This document shows positions 1 to 14,690 of a DNA stretch of 64,000 bases, piece after piece. A program made the position numbers and the translations under genes. The first letter of the stretch is position 1. Each line of letters begins with the position of its first letter. The notes under the pieces are model-generated. The model was not told the DNA's origin, did not search any database, and was given only the letters and a program-made list of their open reading frames with translations. The DNA comes from Squalus acanthias (lineage: Eukaryota). The DNA is taken from positions 159,652,001 to 159,716,000 of the forward strand of contig CM059431.1 in NCBI GenBank assembly GCA_030390025.1, written 5' to 3'.

Positions 1-3000
1 GTAGTGTACGAGAATAGTTACATCTCCTGTAGGGGACCACTAGTAATTGTGAAATGTTACTTCTAGTGTAGGGGACTACTATTACCGGAGAACTGTTAAA
101 TCTAGTGCAGTGTATCACCAGATCCGGAGAACTGTCACTTCTAATGTAGGGTACCACTAGTACTGGAGAACTGTTACATCTAGTGTAGGGTACCACAAGT
201 ACCGGAGAACTGTTACATGTAGTGTGGGTAACACTAGTGTCGGAGAACTTTTACATCTATTGCAGGTTACCACTAGTACCGGAGAACTGATACATCTAGT
301 GTAGGGGACAACTAGTACCAGGGAACTGATACTTCTAGTGTAGGGTACTACGAGTACCGGGGACCTGTGACATCTAGTGTCGGGTAGCACTAGTACCGGA
401 GAACTGTTACAGCTAGTGTCGTGTACCACTAGCACCAGATAACTGTTACATCTAGTGCAGGGTACCAGTAGTACCGTAGAACTGTCACATCTAGTCTAGG
501 GTACCACTGGTATCCGTGAACTTTAAGTGTAGAATACCACTAGTACAAGCGAACTGTTACATCCGGTGTAGGATACCTCCAGTACCTGAGAAATGTTACA
601 CCTAGAGCAGGGTACATCTAGTACCTGAGAACTGTTACATGTAGTGTGGGTACCACTAGAATCGGAGAACTTTTACATCTAGTGTAGGTTACCACAAGTA
701 CTGGAGAACTCTAACATCTAGTGTAGGTTACCACAAGAACCGGAGAAATGTTACATTTAGTGTAGGTTACCACAAGAACCGGAGAACTGTTACATCTAGT
801 GTAGGGTACCACTAGTACCGGAGAACTGTTACATCTAGTGTCGTGTACCACTAGCACCAGAGAACTGTTACATCTAGTGCAGGGTACCACTAGTACCTGT
901 GAAATGTTACATCTAGTGTAGGGTACCACTAGTACCTGTGAAATGTTACATCTAGTGTAGGGTACCACTAGCACCGTCGAACTGTTACATCTAGTGTAGG
1001 GTACCACTAGTACCAGAGAACTGTTACATCTTGTGTACGGTACCACTAGCACCGTCGAACTGTTACATCTAGTGTAGGGTACCACTAGTACCAGAGAACT
1101 GTTACATCTTGTGTACGGTACCACTAGTACCAGAGAACTGTTACATCTAGTGTAGGATACCACTAGTACCGGAGACTTGTTACATCTGGTGCAGGGCACC
1201 TCTAGTACTAGAGAACTGTTACATGTAGTGTCGATACCACAAGTACCGGAGAACTGTTACATTTGGTGTCGGGTACCTCTAGTGCCTGAGAACTGTTACA
1301 TCTAGTGTACGGTACCAATAGTACAGGACAATAGTTATATCTACTGTAGGGACCACTAATACTGGTGAACTGTTACATCTAATGTAGGCAACTACTAGAA
1401 TCATAGAACTGTTAAACCTAATGTAGGATACCACTAGTACCAGAGAACTGTTACCTCTAGTGTCAGATATCAATAGTACCGGAGAACTGTGACATCTAGA
1501 GTAGGGTACCTCTAGTACCGGAGAACTGCTACTTCTAGTGTAGAGTACCAATAGTACCGGAGAACTGTTCCATCTATAGCAGGGTACCATTTGTACCGGA
1601 GAACTGATACATCTACTGTAGGGTACCACTAGTACCTGAAAACTGTTACATCTAGTGTAGGGTACCTCTAGTACCTGAGATCTGTTATATCTAGTGTGGG
1701 TACCTCTAGTACCTGAGAAATGTTACATCTAGTATTGGGCACCACAAGTACCACATAACTGTTACATGTATTGTAGGGCACCACTAGAAACGGAGAACTG
1801 TCACATTTAGTGTCGCGCACCACTAGTACTGGAGAGCTGTTACATCTAGTGTAGGGCACCACTAGAACAGTAGAACTATTACATCTAGTGCAGCGTACCA
1901 CTAGTACCTGTGAAATGTTACATCTAGTGTGGGTAACACCAGTATAGGAGAACTGTTACATCTATTGTGGTTACCACTAGTACCGGAGAACTCTTACATC
2001 TAGTGTAGTGTACCTTTACTACCTGAGAACTGTTACATCTAGTGTAGGGTACCAATAGTACAGGAGAAGAGTTACATCTAGTGTAGGGTACCAATAGTAC
2101 AGGAGAATAGTTACATCTACTGTATGGGGCCACTAGTACCGGAGAACTGTGATATCAAGTGTAGGGTACCACTTGTACCGGAGAATTGTTATATCTAGTG
2201 TAGGATACCACTCGTACCGGAGAACTGTTACATCTAGTGTAGGGTACCACTAGTAGCAGAGAACTGTTACATCTAGTGTAGGGTACCAATAGTACCAGAG
2301 AACTGTTACATCTAGTGTAGGGTACCAATAGTACCCGAAACTGTTACATCTAATGTAGGGTACCACTAGTACCAGAGAACTGTTACATCTAATGTAGGAT
2401 ACCACTAGTACCGAAGAATTGTTACATCTATTGCAGGGTAGCACTAGTACCGGAGAACTGTTACATCTAGTGCAGGGGACTTGTACCTGTGAAATGTTAC
2501 ATCTAGTGTACGTTACCAATAGAACCGGAGAACTGTTGCATCTAGTGTAGGGTACCAATAGTACAGGAAAATAATTACATATACTGCCGGAAACACTAGT
2601 ACTGGTGAACTGTTACATCTAGTGCAGGGTACCACAAGTAACGGAGAACTGTTACATCTAGTGTAGGATGTTACCAGAACCAGCGAACTGCCATGTCTAA
2701 TGTAGGGTACCACTATTACCAGAGAACTGCAACATCTAGTGTAGTTTGCCACTATTACCAGAGAACTGCAACATCTAGTGTATGGCATCACTAGTACTGG
2801 AGAAATGTTACATCTAGTTTAGCGTACCACTAGTACCTGAGAAATATTACATCTAGTGTAGTATATCACTAGCACCAGAGAACTGTTACACCTAGTGTAG
2901 GGTACCACTAGTACCGGAGAACTATTGCATCTAGTGTAGGGTACCAATAGTACCAGAGAACTGTTACATCTAGTGTAGGGTACCAATAGTACCCGAAACT

Positions 3001-4080
3001 GTTACATCTAATGTAGGGTACCACTAGTACCAGAGAACTGTTACATCTAATGTAGGATACCACTAGTACCGAAGAATTGTTACATCTATTGCAGGGTAGC
3101 ACTAGTACCGGAGAACTGTTACATCTAGTGCAGGGGACTTGTACCTGTGAAATGTTACATCTAGTGTACGTTACCAATAGAACCGGAGAACTGTTGCATC
3201 TAGTGTAGGGTACCAATAGTACAGGAAAATAATTACATATACTGCCGGAAACACTAGTACTGGTGAACTGTTACATCTAGTGCAGGGTACCACAAGTAAC
3301 GGAGAACTGTTACATCTAGTGTAGGATGTTACCAGAACCAGCGAACTGCCATGTCTAATGTAGGGTACCACTATTACCAGAGAACTGCAACATCTAGTGT
3401 AGTTTGCCACTATTACCAGAGAACTGCAACATCTAGTGTATGGCATCACTAGTACTGGAGAAATGTTACATCTAGTTTAGCGTACCACTAGTACCTGAGA
3501 AATATTACATCTAGTGTAGTATATCACTAGCACCAGAGAACTGTTACACCTAGTGTAGGGTACCACTAGTACCGGAGAACTATTGCATCTAGCGCAAGGC
3601 ACCACTAGTACCGGAGAACTGTTACATCTAGTGTAAGGTACCACTAGTACCGGAGAACAGTTTCACCTAGTGTAGGGTACCACTAGTACCGGAGAACTGT
3701 TAAATCTTGTGTTGGGGACCACTAGTACAAAAGAACAGTGACATCCTATTGTAGCGTGCCACAAGTACCGGAGGAATGTTGCATCTATTGTCCGGTACCA
3801 CTAGTACCAGAGAACTGTTACATCTAGTGTAGGGAACCACTAGTACTGGAGAACTGTTACATCTAGTGTAGGTACCACTAGTACTGGGGAGCAGTTACAT
3901 CGAGTCTAGGGTACCACTAGTACCGGAGAACTGTGACATCTAGTGTAGGGTACCACTAGTAGCGGAGAACTGTGACATCTAGTGTAGGGTACCACGAGTA
4001 CCGGATAACTGCAACATCTGTAGTAGGGTATCACTAGAACTGGAGAACTGCAACATCTATTGTAGGGTACCACTAGTGCT
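1..4080. repeat. Tandem satellite, 39-bp unit (consensus AGTACCGGAGAACTGTTACATCTAGTGTAGGGTACCACT)
   Basis: Unit read directly from the sequence; minus-strand pseudo-ORFs repeat the 13-aa motif VLVVPYTRCNSSP. A 658-bp higher-order duplication lies at ~2250-2907/2908-3565. Confidence 0.95.
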
Positions 4081-4489
4081 GGACGAGCATGACCACATCT
4101 AGTTTACATTTAATGGCCAGGCTAATATTGGAAGAGCCCTACCACCGCTAGTTTAAGTGTTAGCTAGCACTAGTACATTTGAAGCAGGTTCACCTCTAGT
4201 GTAATTAAAGGCTATGTATAGTAGCAGAGGACCATGATAGCCGCTTGTGCAACGAGAAGAACCACGAGTCGTACAGGAGCACGATTAACTCTAGTATAAG
4301 TGTAGGGATATCACTCATACATAAGAGTATGGTCACCTCTAGTTTAAGTGTCGAGCATCACTAGTACCGTTGGAGCACGGCCACATTTATTGTAAGTGTA
4401 TGGTAAAAGTGTACCGAAGGAGCACGGCCACCTGTGTTGTAATTGTAAGCTACCAAAGGTACTCGAGGTGGACGATCGCCTCCATTGTA

Positions 4490-6790
4490 AGTACAGTGCA
4501 CCAATAACACCGGAGCAGCAGTGCCAAATCTAGGGCAAGTGTAGAGCACCAATAATACCGGAGGAGCAGTGTCCACTCTAGTGTAGGTGTAGTTCACCAA
4601 TAATACCGGAGGAGCAGTGTCCAATCTAGTGTGAGTGTAGTGCACCAATAATACTGGAGGAGCAGTGTCCATTCTAGTGTAGGTGTAGTTCACCAATAAT
4701 ACCGGAGGAGCAGTGTTCACTCTAGTGTAAGTGTAGTTCACCAATAATACCGGAGGAGCAGTGTTCACTCTAGTGCAAGTGGAATGCACAAATAATAAAT
4801 GGAGGAGCCGTGTTCACTCTAGTGAAAGTGTAGTTCACCAATAATACTGGAGGAGCAGTGTCTACTCTAGTGAAAGTGTAGATCACCAATAATACGGGAG
4901 GAGCAGTGCCCACTCTAGTGAAAGTGTAGATCACCAATAATATTGGAGGAGCAGTGTCCACTCTAGTGAAAGTGTAGTTCACCAATAATACCGGAGGAGC
5001 AGTGTCCATTCTAGTGTAAGTGTAGTTCACCAATGATTGGCCCAAAAATTCGTGAGGAAGCCTTTGTGCGAGGGTAAGGCCTCCCCGCGATCTCTCACTG
5101 CGCGTTGGCTTTTTCAGTTCCAGCTCGCACGAACTTGATGTTCTGGACAGCTGCTGTGCTGGGCTTGCGTATCCCACCGGCGTAGTTAATTCGTGCGAGC
5201 TGTGGGATCACGTGACTGAGTTAGCGCCAATGGCAGCACACCATCTTCCATTCATAACTTTCACATAAGAGCTGTGAAAGTTATGAATACTATAGCCCCC
5301 CAAAAGAACCGCTAAAGCTCAATTAAATTTTTTTAAAAAACCATCACATTAATAAAATAAGTATAGTTAAATAAATTAACCATTTTAAATAAAAAATTAA
5401 TTTTTTTTAAAAATGTAAAATCTTTTAAAAAGTTATAAAAATAAACTTACCTGTCTTTAAAGTCTCTAAAAAAGATATACCTGTTAAAAAAAATTCAAAA
5501 TAATACTTAATTCACTACTTACCTTGTTAAAAGTGGGTCTTACTTCTTTTTTTATGTGTAGAATCTGCCGTACTGACCTGCGCGTTGAAACCACTAAGTG
5601 CACAGCGTGCACGCAGCCTGTCGCGCGCACACGGTTCACCTAGGACCCGCCCCCTTTTCCATTCACCAAGTGCCGGTTTTCAGCGCATGCGCAGTGTATG
5701 CAGAAAACCGGCAATTGGAGACAGAATATGCGAGAGTACGCAGTGCGTACTCTCGCGTAGCGGCACTAATTTTTGGGCCAATACCGGAGGAGCAGTGTCC
5801 ACTCTAGTGTAAGTGTAGTGCAACAGTAATACCGGAGGAGCAGTGTCCACCCTAGTGTAACTGTAGATCACCAATAATACGGGAGGAGCAGTGTCCACTC
5901 CAGTGCAAGTGGAATGCACAAATAATAAATGGAAGAGCAGTGTCCACTCTAGTGTAACTGTAGATCACCAATAATACCGGAGGAGCAGTGTCCACCCTAG
6001 TGTAACTGTAGATCACCAATAATACCGGAGGAGCAGTGTCCACCCTAGTGTAACTGTAGATCACCAATAATACCGGAGGAGCAGTGTCCACTCTAGTGTA
6101 AGTGAAATGCAGCAATAATACTGGAGGAGCCGTGTTCACTCTAGTGTAAGTGTCGTTCACAAATAATACAGGAGGAGCACTGTCCACTCTTGTGCAAGTG
6201 TACTGCTGCAATAATACTGGAGGAGCAGTGTCCACTCTAGTGTAAGTGTAGTTCACCAATAATACCGGAGGAGCAGTGTTCACTCTAGTGTAAGTGTAGT
6301 GCACCAATAATACTGGAGGAGCAGTGTCCACTCTAGTGTAAGTGTAGTTCACCAATAATACCGGAGGAGCAGTGTCCACTCTAGTGTAAGTGTAGTTCAC
6401 CAATAATACTGGAGCAGCAGTGTCCATTCTAGTGTAAGTGTAGTTCACCAATAATACTTTAGGAGCAGTGTTCACTCTAGTGTAAGTGAAATACACCAAT
6501 AATACCGGAGGTGCAGTGTCCACTCTAGTGTAAGTGTCGTTCACAAATAATACCGGAGGAGCAGTGTCCACTCTAGTGTAGGTGTAGTTCACAAATAATA
6601 CTGGAGCAGCAGTGTCCACTCTATTGTAAGTGTAGTTCACCAATAATACTGTAGGAGCAGTGTCCACTCTAGTGTAAGTGTAGTTCACCAATTATACTGG
6701 AGCAGCAGTGTCCACTCTAGTGTAAGTGTAGTTCACCAATAATACTGTCGAAGCAGTGTCCACTCTAGTGTAAGTGTCGTGCACAATTAT
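4490..6790. repeat. Tandem satellite, 48-bp unit variant A (CCAATAATACCGGAGGAGCAGTGTCCACTCTAGTGTAAGTGTAGTTCA), interrupted by a MITE
   Basis: Repeated unit visible; 16-aa periodicity VNYTYTRVDTAPPVLL in the minus-strand ORF track. Bases ~4080-4490 are a degenerate transition zone. Confidence 0.92.
5039..5779. mobile_element. Non-autonomous DNA transposon (MITE), PIF/Harbinger-like, copy 1
   Basis: TIRs GGCCCAAAAATT...AATTTTTGGGCC with flanks ATT/AAT. It interrupts a satellite unit cleanly, has an AT-rich core, and is homologous in reverse orientation to 28549-29287. Confidence 0.8.
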
Positions 6791-6814
6791 ACCGGCACTG
6801 AAACCACCAGTGTA

Positions 6815-7120
6815 ATTTTTGTTATTCATTCCTGGGATGTGGGCGTCGCTGTCAAGGCCAGCATTTATTGGCAATCCTCAATTGCCCTTGCGACAACTGA
6901 ATGGCTTGCTCGGCCATTTCAGAGGGCAGTTAACAGTCAACTACGTTGCTGTGGGTCTGGAGACACATGTAGGCCACACCAGGCAAAGTATTCGTGAACC
7001 AGATGGGTTTTTATGACAACGGTAACCTACTGATGTTAGCTTTTTATTCCAGATTTATTAAACTGAATTCATATTCCCCAGCTGCCATGGGGTGCTTTGA
7101 ACTCAAGTCTCCGAGTCATT
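6815..7120 (-). mobile_element. Short retroposon (tRNA-type SINE-like) with LINE-type 3' tail
   Basis: Minus strand has a B-box-like GAGTTCAAAGC and the tail ...CAAGGGCAATTGAGGATTGCCAATAAATGCTGGCCTTGACAGCGACGCCCACATCCCAGGAATGAATAACAAAAA, which I recognise as a common shark repeat. Confidence 0.6.
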
Positions 7121-7126
7121 GTATGA

Positions 7127-7790
7127 CACCGCTAGTACTGGTGGAGCACAGTCACCGCTATTGTAAGTTTAGGGGTATCCCTAGTACTGGTGGAACATGG
7201 TCCCCTCTAGTATAAGTTTAGGGGTACCACTAGTATCAGTGAAGCACAGTCACCGCTTTTGTAAGTGTAGGGGTACCACTAGTACTGGTGGAGCACAGTC
7301 ACCTCTAGTGTAAGTGTAGGGGTATCGATAGTACTGGTGGAGCATGGTCACCTCTAGTGTAAGTGTAGGTGTACCACTAGTACTGGTGAAACATGGTCAT
7401 CTCTAGTGTAAGTGTAGGTGTACCATTAGTATCGGTGGAGCACGGTCACCTCTAGTGTAAGTGTAGGGGTATCGATAGTACTGGTGGAGCATGGTCACCT
7501 CTAGTGTAAGTGTAGGTGTACCACTAGTACTGGTGAAACATGGTCATCTCTAGTGTAAGTGTAGGTGTACCATTAGTATCGGTGGAGCACGGTCACCTCT
7601 AGTGTAAGTGTAGGGGTATCGCTAGTACTGGTGGAGCACGGTCACCTCGAGTGTAAGTGTAGGGGTACCAGTAGTACTGGTGGAGCACAGACAACGCTAG
7701 TGTAAGTGTAGAGGTATCGCTAGTACAGGTGGAGCACGGTCACCGCTATTGTAAGTGTAGGGGTACCGCTAGTACTAGTGTAGTGTAAGT
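7127..7790. repeat. Tandem satellite, 49-bp unit variant (AGTACTGGTGGAGCACGGTCACCTCTAGTGTAAGTGTAGGGGTACCACT)
   Basis: AGTACTGGTG recurs at 7281, 7330 and 7379 (period 49); a 3-unit higher-order repeat lies at ~7330-7620. Confidence 0.88.
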
Positions 7791-7966
7791 GGTGCTGCAC
7801 CACTGGTACCGGAGGAGCACTGTCACATCTAGTGTAAACTTAGGGGTAAAATAGAACTTGAGGAAGATGTGCGTAGGGAAGCACTAGTACTGGTGAAGCA
7901 CGGTAAAATATAGAGTAAGTGTAGGGACCCACAAGTACTGGAGGAGCAGGGTCACATATAGTGTAA

Positions 7967-8060
7967 AAAATTGAGAATAGGCACAACATGAGGTTACAGT
8001 AAAACAGCTTGATTTGAAATCACAAGCTTTCAGAGCGCTGCTCCTTCGTCAGGTGACGAA
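7967..8060 (-). mobile_element. Short Penelope-terminus (pLTR) fragment with hammerhead motif (8020-8056)
   Basis: Minus strand TCAC-CTGACGA-AGGAGCAGCGCTCT-GAAAGCTT-GTGA; homologous to the 3' end of the PLE at 18665-19828. Confidence 0.75.
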
Positions 8061-9563
8061 TGGAGGAAAACGGTGAAATATAGTGTAAGTGTAGGGAACC
8101 ACTAGTACTGGAGGAGCATGGTCACGTATAGTGTAAGTGTAGGGAACCACGAGTACTGGAGGAGCATTGTCACTTATAGAGTAAGTGTAGGGAACCACTA
8201 GTACATGAAGAGCATAGTCACATATAGTGTAAGGGTAGGGCACCACGAGTACTGGAGGAGATGGTCACATATAGTGCAAGTGTGGGGTACCACTAGTACT
8301 GGAGGAGCACGGTCACATATAGTGTAAGTGTAGGGAACCACCAGTACTGGAGGAGCACGATCGCATATAGTGTAAGTGTAGGGAACCACTAGTACTGGAG
8401 CAGCATGGTCACATATAGTGTAAGTGTAGGGAACCACTAGTACTGTAGGAGCATGGTCACATATAGTGTCAGTGTATGGAAACACTAGTACTGGAAGAGC
8501 ACGGTCACATATAGAGTAAGTGTGGGGAACCATTTGTACAGGAGGAGCTGATCACATACAGTGTAAGTGTAGGGAACCACTAGTACTGAAAGAGCACGGT
8601 CTCATATAGAGTAAGTGTGGGGAACCATTAGTACTGGAGAAGCATTGTCACATATAGTGTAAGTGTAGGGAACCGCTATTACTGGAGGACATGGTCACAT
8701 ATAAAGTAAGTGTAGCGAACCGCTATTACTGGAGGACATGGTCACATATAGAGTAAGTGTAGGGAACCGCTAGTACTGGAGGAGAAAGATCACATGTAGA
8801 GTCATTATAGGGAACCAATAGTACTGGAGGAGCATGGTCACATATAGTGCAAGTGTAGGGATTCACTAATACTGGAGGAGCAGGGTCACATATAGTGTAA
8901 GTGTGGGGAACAACTAGTACTGGAGGAGCTGGTCACATATCGTGTAAGTGTGGGGAACCATTAGTACAGGAGGAGCTGGTCAGAAATAGATTAAGTGTAG
9001 GGAACCACTAGTACTGGAGGAGAAGGTCACATATAGTGTAAGTGTGGGGAACAACTAGTACTAGAGGAGCTGGTCACATATCGTGTAAGTGTAGGGAACC
9101 TTTAGTACAGGAGGAGCTGTTCAGATATAGTTTAAGTGTAGGGAACCACTAGTTCTGGAGGAACATGGTCACATTAAAGTAAGTGTAGTGAAACACTACT
9201 ACTAGAGGAGCTGGTCTCATATAGTGTAAGTGTAGGGAACCATTAGTACTGGAGGAGCACGGTCACATATAGTGTAAGTGTAGGGAACCATAAGTACTGG
9301 AGGAGCAGGTTCACATATAGAGTAAGTATGGGGAATCACTGGTACTGGAGGAGAACGGCCAAATATAGTGTAAGCGTGGGGAATCACTCGTACTGGGGGA
9401 GCACGGTCATATATAGTGTAAGTGTAGGGAACCACTAGTACTGGAGTAGCACGGTCACATATAGTGTAAGTGTAGGGAACCAATAGTACTGTAGGACATG
9501 GTCACATATATTGTAAGTGTAGGGAACCATTAGTACTGGAGGAGCACGGTCACATATAGTGTA

Positions 9564-9769
9564 CAAAAATGACAAGTCGCACAACACCAGGTTATAGTCC
9601 AACAGATTTATTTAATTTTACAAGCTTTCGGAACAGTTCGCTCCTTCGTCAGGTAAGTTAGCAGTGAGAGAATCTCCCAGAATTCACAATTTAAACACAG
9701 ACAAAATATATTCAAATCTTTCCTACATTTTTGTCCACCCCAGTCCAACGCCGGCATCTCCACATCATG
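9564..9769. mobile_element. Short Penelope-terminus insertion: inverted pLTR piece with hammerhead motif (9618-9656, minus) plus direct 3' tail ending CTCCACATCA
   Basis: 12-bp TSD ACATATAGTGTA (9552-9563 / 9770-9781); homology to the other pLTR copies. Confidence 0.8.
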
Positions 9770-11742
9770 ACATATAGTGTAAGTATAGGGAACCGCTAGT
9801 ACTGGAGGAACAAGGTCACATATAGAGTAAGTGCAGGGAAGCACTAGTACCGGATGAGCATGGTCACATATACAGGAGGTGTAGGGAACCACAAGTACTG
9901 GAAGAGCACGGTAACATATAGTGTAATTGTAGGGAACCACTAGTACCGGATGAGCATGGTCACATATAGTGTCAGTGTAGGGAACCACTAGTACTGGATG
10001 AGCATGGTCACATATAGTGTAAGTGTAGGCAACCACTAGTACTGGAGGAGCATGCTCACATATAGAGTAATTGTAGGGAACCACTAGTACTGGTGGAGCA
10101 CGGTCACATATAGAGTAAGTGTAGGGAACCACTAGTACTAGAGGAGCATGGTCACATATAGAGTAAGTGTAGGGAACCACTAGTACTAGAGGAGCATGGT
10201 CATATATAGAGTAAGTGTGGGGAACCACTAGTACTGGAGGAGCATGCTCACAAATAGTGTAAGTGTAGGGAACCACTAGTACTGGAAGAGCAGGGTCACA
10301 CATTGTGTAAGTGTATGGAACAACTAGTACTAGAGGAGCTGGTCACATATAGTGTAAGTGTAGGGTAACATTAGTACTGGAGGAGCTGGTCATATATAGA
10401 GTAAGTGTACGGAACCACTAGTACAGGAGGAGCATGCTCACATGTACTGTAAGAGTAGGGAACCACTAGTACTGGAACAGCAGGGTCACACATTGTGTAA
10501 GTGTAGGGAGCAACTAGTACTAGAGGAGCTGGTCATATATAGTGTAAGTGTAGGGAACCACGAGTACTGCAAGAGCACGGTCACATATAGAGTAAGTGTA
10601 GGGAACCACTAATAATGGAGGAGCATGCTCACATATAGAGTAAGTGTAGGGAACCATTAGTACTAGAGGAGCATGGTCACATATAGAGTAAGTGTAGGGA
10701 ACCACTAGGATTGGAGGAGCATGATCTCATATAGTGAAAGTGTAGGGAACCATTAGTACTAGAGGAGCATGGTCACATATAGAGTAAGTGTAGGGAACCA
10801 CTAGGATTGGAGGAGCATGATCTCATATAGTGAAAGTGTAGGGAACCATTAGTACTAGAGGAGCATTGTCACAGATCGAGTAAGTTTAGGGAACCACTAG
10901 TACTGGAGGAGCATGCTCACATATACTGTAAGTGTAGGGAACCACTAGTACTGGAAGAGCAGGGTCACACATTGTGTAAGTGTAGGGAGCAACTAGTACT
11001 AGAGTAGCTGGTCATATATAGTTTAATGTAGGGAACCACGAGTACTGCAAGAGCACGGTCACATATAGAGTAAGTGCAGGGAACGACTAATACTGGAGGA
11101 GCATTATCACATATAGTGAAAGTGTAGGGAACCACTAGTACTGGAGGAGCATTATCACATATAATGTAAGTGTAGGTTCCCACTAGTACTGGAGGAGCAT
11201 TATCACATATAATGTAAGTGTAGGTTCCCACTAGTACTGGAGGAGCATTATCACATATAGTGAAAGTGTAGGGAACCATTAGTACTAGAGAAGCATTGTC
11301 ACATATCGAGTAAGTGTAGGGAACCACTAGTACTGGAGGAGCACGGTCACATACAGAGTAAGTGTAGGGAACCATACCTTCTGGTGTAGCACGGTCACAT
11401 ATAGAGTAAGTGTAGGGAACCACTAGTACTGGAGGAGCAAGGTCACATATAGTGTGAGTTTAGGGGAATCACTTGTACTGGAAGAGCATGATCACATATA
11501 GTGTAAGTGTAGGGAACCAATAGTACAGTTCAGCTGGTCACATATAAGAATATAAGAACATAAGAAATAGGAGTAGGAGTAGACCAATCGGCCACTCGAG
11601 CCTGCTCCGCCATTCAATAAGATCATGGCTGATCTGATCCAACCCCAACTCTAAAGAACACAAGAAGTAGGAGCAGGACCAGGCCACTCGGTCCCTGGGC
11701 CCGCTCTGCCACCCACAGGGCTTGACCGATCCGAACTCAAAC

Positions 11743-14558
11743 TCATGTCCAATTTCCAGCCCGCTCCCCGTAACCCCTGATTCCCTTTACTTCTAGGAAA
11801 CGGTCTATTTCTGTTTTAAATTTATTTAATGAAGTAGCTTCCACAGCTTCCTGGGGTAGCATATTCCACAGACCCACTACCCTCTGAGTGAAAAAGTTTC
11901 TCCTCATCTCAGTTTTGAAAGAGAAGCCCCTTATTCTAAGATTATGTCCCCTAATTCTAGTTTCACCCATCATTGGGAACATCCTCACCGCGTCCACCCG
12001 ATCAAGCCCCTTCACAATCTTATATGTTTCAATAAGATCGCCTCTCATTCTTCTGAACTCCAATGAGTAGAGTCCCAATCTACTCAACCTCTCCTCGTAT
12101 GTCCACCCCCTCATCCCCGGAATTAACCGAGTGAACCTTCTTTGTACTGCTTCGAGAGCAAGTATGTCTTTTCTTAAGTATGGACACCAAAACTGTATGC
12201 AGTACTCCAGGTGCGATCTCACCAATACCCTATACAACTGCAGCAATACCTCCCTGTTTTTATATTCTATCCCCCTAGCAATAAAAGCCAACATTCCATT
12301 GGCTTTCTTGATCACCTGCTGCACCTGCATACTAACTTTCTGATTTTCTTGCACCAAGACCCCCAGATCCCTTTGTACTGCAGTACTTTCCAGTTTCTCG
12401 CCATTAAGATAATAACTTGCTCTCTAATTTTTCCTGCCAAAGTGCATAACCTCACATTTTCCAATATTGTATTGCATCTGCCAAATCTCTGCCCACTCAC
12501 CCAGCCTGTCTATATCCCCTTGTAGGTTTTTTATGTCCTCCTCACTCTCTACTTTCCCTCTCATCTTTGTATCATCTGCAAACTTTGATATGTTACACTC
12601 GGTCCCCTCCTCCAAATCGTTAATATAGATTGTAAAGAGTTGGGGACCCAGCACCGACCCCTGCGGAGCACCACTGGCTACTGGTTGCCAGTCCGAGAAT
12701 GAACCATTTATCCCAACTCTCTGCTTCCTGTTAGATAATCAATCCTCCACCCATGCCAGAATATTACACCCAATCCAGTGATTTTTTATCTTGAGTAATA
12801 ATCTTTTATGTGGCACCTTGTCGAATGCCTTCTGGAAGTCTAAATACACTACATCCACTGGTTCCCCTTTATCCACCCTGTACGTTATGTCCTCAAAGAA
12901 CTCGAGCAAATTTGTCAGACATGACTTCCCATTCATAAAGCCATGCTGACTTTGTCCTATTAAATTATATTTATCTAAATGTTCCGTTACTGTCTCCTTA
13001 ATAATAGACTCCAAAATTTTACCCACCACAGATGTTAGGCTAACTGGTCTATAATTTCCAGCCTTCTGCCTACAACCCTTTTTAAATAAGGGTGTTACAT
13101 TAGCAGTTTTCCAATCTGCCGGGACCTTTGCTGAGTTTTAGGGAGTTTTGGAAAATTATTACCAAAGCATCCACAATTCCTACTGCCACTTCCCTCAAGA
13201 CCCTAGGATGTAAGCCATCAGGTCCAGGGGATTTATCCGCCTTGAGTCCCATTATTTTACTGAGTACCAATTCCTTAGTGATTTTAATCGTATTTAGCTC
13301 CTCCCCCACTAGAGCCCCCTGTTTGTCCAGTGTTGGGATATTCTTAGTGTCCTCTACCGTAAAGACTGAAACAAAATATTTGTTCAGCATTTTTGCCATC
13401 TCCATGTTTCCCACCATTAATTTCCCGGTCTCATCCTCTAAGGGACCTACGTTTGCCTTAACCACCCTTTTTCTTTTTATATAACTATAGAAACTCTTGC
13501 TATCTGTTTTTATATTTTTCGCTAATTTATTTTCATAGTCTATTTTCCCTTTTTTAATCAATCCTTTAGTTACTTTTTGTTGTCTTTTGAAGACTTCCCA
13601 ATCTTCTATCCTCCCACTAACTTTGGCTACCTTATATGTCCTTGTTATTAGTTGGATACTTTCTTTAATTTCTTTACTTAACCATGGATGGCTGTCATTT
13701 CTTTTACAGCCTTTTTTCCTCAGTGGAATATATTTATTTTGAAAGTTGTAAAATAACTCCTTGAATGAACACCACTGCTCATGTACCGTCTTACCCTTTA
13801 ATCTATTTTCCCAGTCCACTTTAATCAATTCTGCTCTCATGCCATCATAGTCTCCTTTTTTCAAGCTCAGTATGCTTGTTTGAGAACCAACCTTCTCACC
13901 CTCTAATTTGATATGGAATTCAACCATGTTTTGGTCACTCATTCCAAGGGGATCCTTAACTAGGACATTATTAATTAATCCAGACTCATTACACAGTACC
14001 AGGTCCAAGGTTGCTTGCCCCCTTGTAGGATCAGTAACATACTGCTCAAGAAATCCATCCCTAAGACACTCAATAAACTCTTCCTCAAGGCTGCCCTGCC
14101 CAATTTTATTTGTCCAGTTAATATGATAGTTAAAATCCCCCATAATTATAGCTGTTCCCTTATTACATGCCCCAACTATTTCCTGATTAATACTTCTTCC
14201 AACAGAGTTGCAACTATTAGGAGTCCTATATATTACGCCCACCAGTGTTTTTTTCCCCTTATTATTCCTTATCTCTACCCAAACTGTTTCATTATCCTGA
14301 TCTTTTGACCCAATATCATTTCTCTGTATTACAGTGATTCCTTCCTTTATTAACATAGCCACCCCCCCCCCCTCCCCTTCCTTCCTGCCTGTCCTTCCTG
14401 ATTGTTAAATACCCTGGCATATTTAATTCCCAGACGTTGTCAACCTGCAGCCATGTTTCTGTAATGGCCACAAGATCATACCCATACATAGTTATTTGTG
14501 CCGTTAACTCGTCAATTTTGTTACGAATGCTACGTGCATTCAGATAAAGAACATTCAA
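11743..14558 (-). pseudogene. CR1 ORF2 (APE endonuclease + reverse transcriptase), broken by a few frameshifts/stops
   Basis: Motifs YLNARSI, ETW, GDFN, KSPGPDG, QHGF...SCLTNL, LDFQKAFDKV, FADD and RSHLEYC are spread over five ORF pieces. Confidence 0.92.
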
Positions 14559-14690
14559 ATGTGTTTTGCGACACTTACTTCCTGCTTTTTCCTTATTAAC
14601 ACTTTACCTTTTACTCCATACCTTCTGTCCGTTCCTGACATGCTTTCCTCTGTCTCCCTGCTCAGGTTCCCAACCCCCTGCCACATTAGT

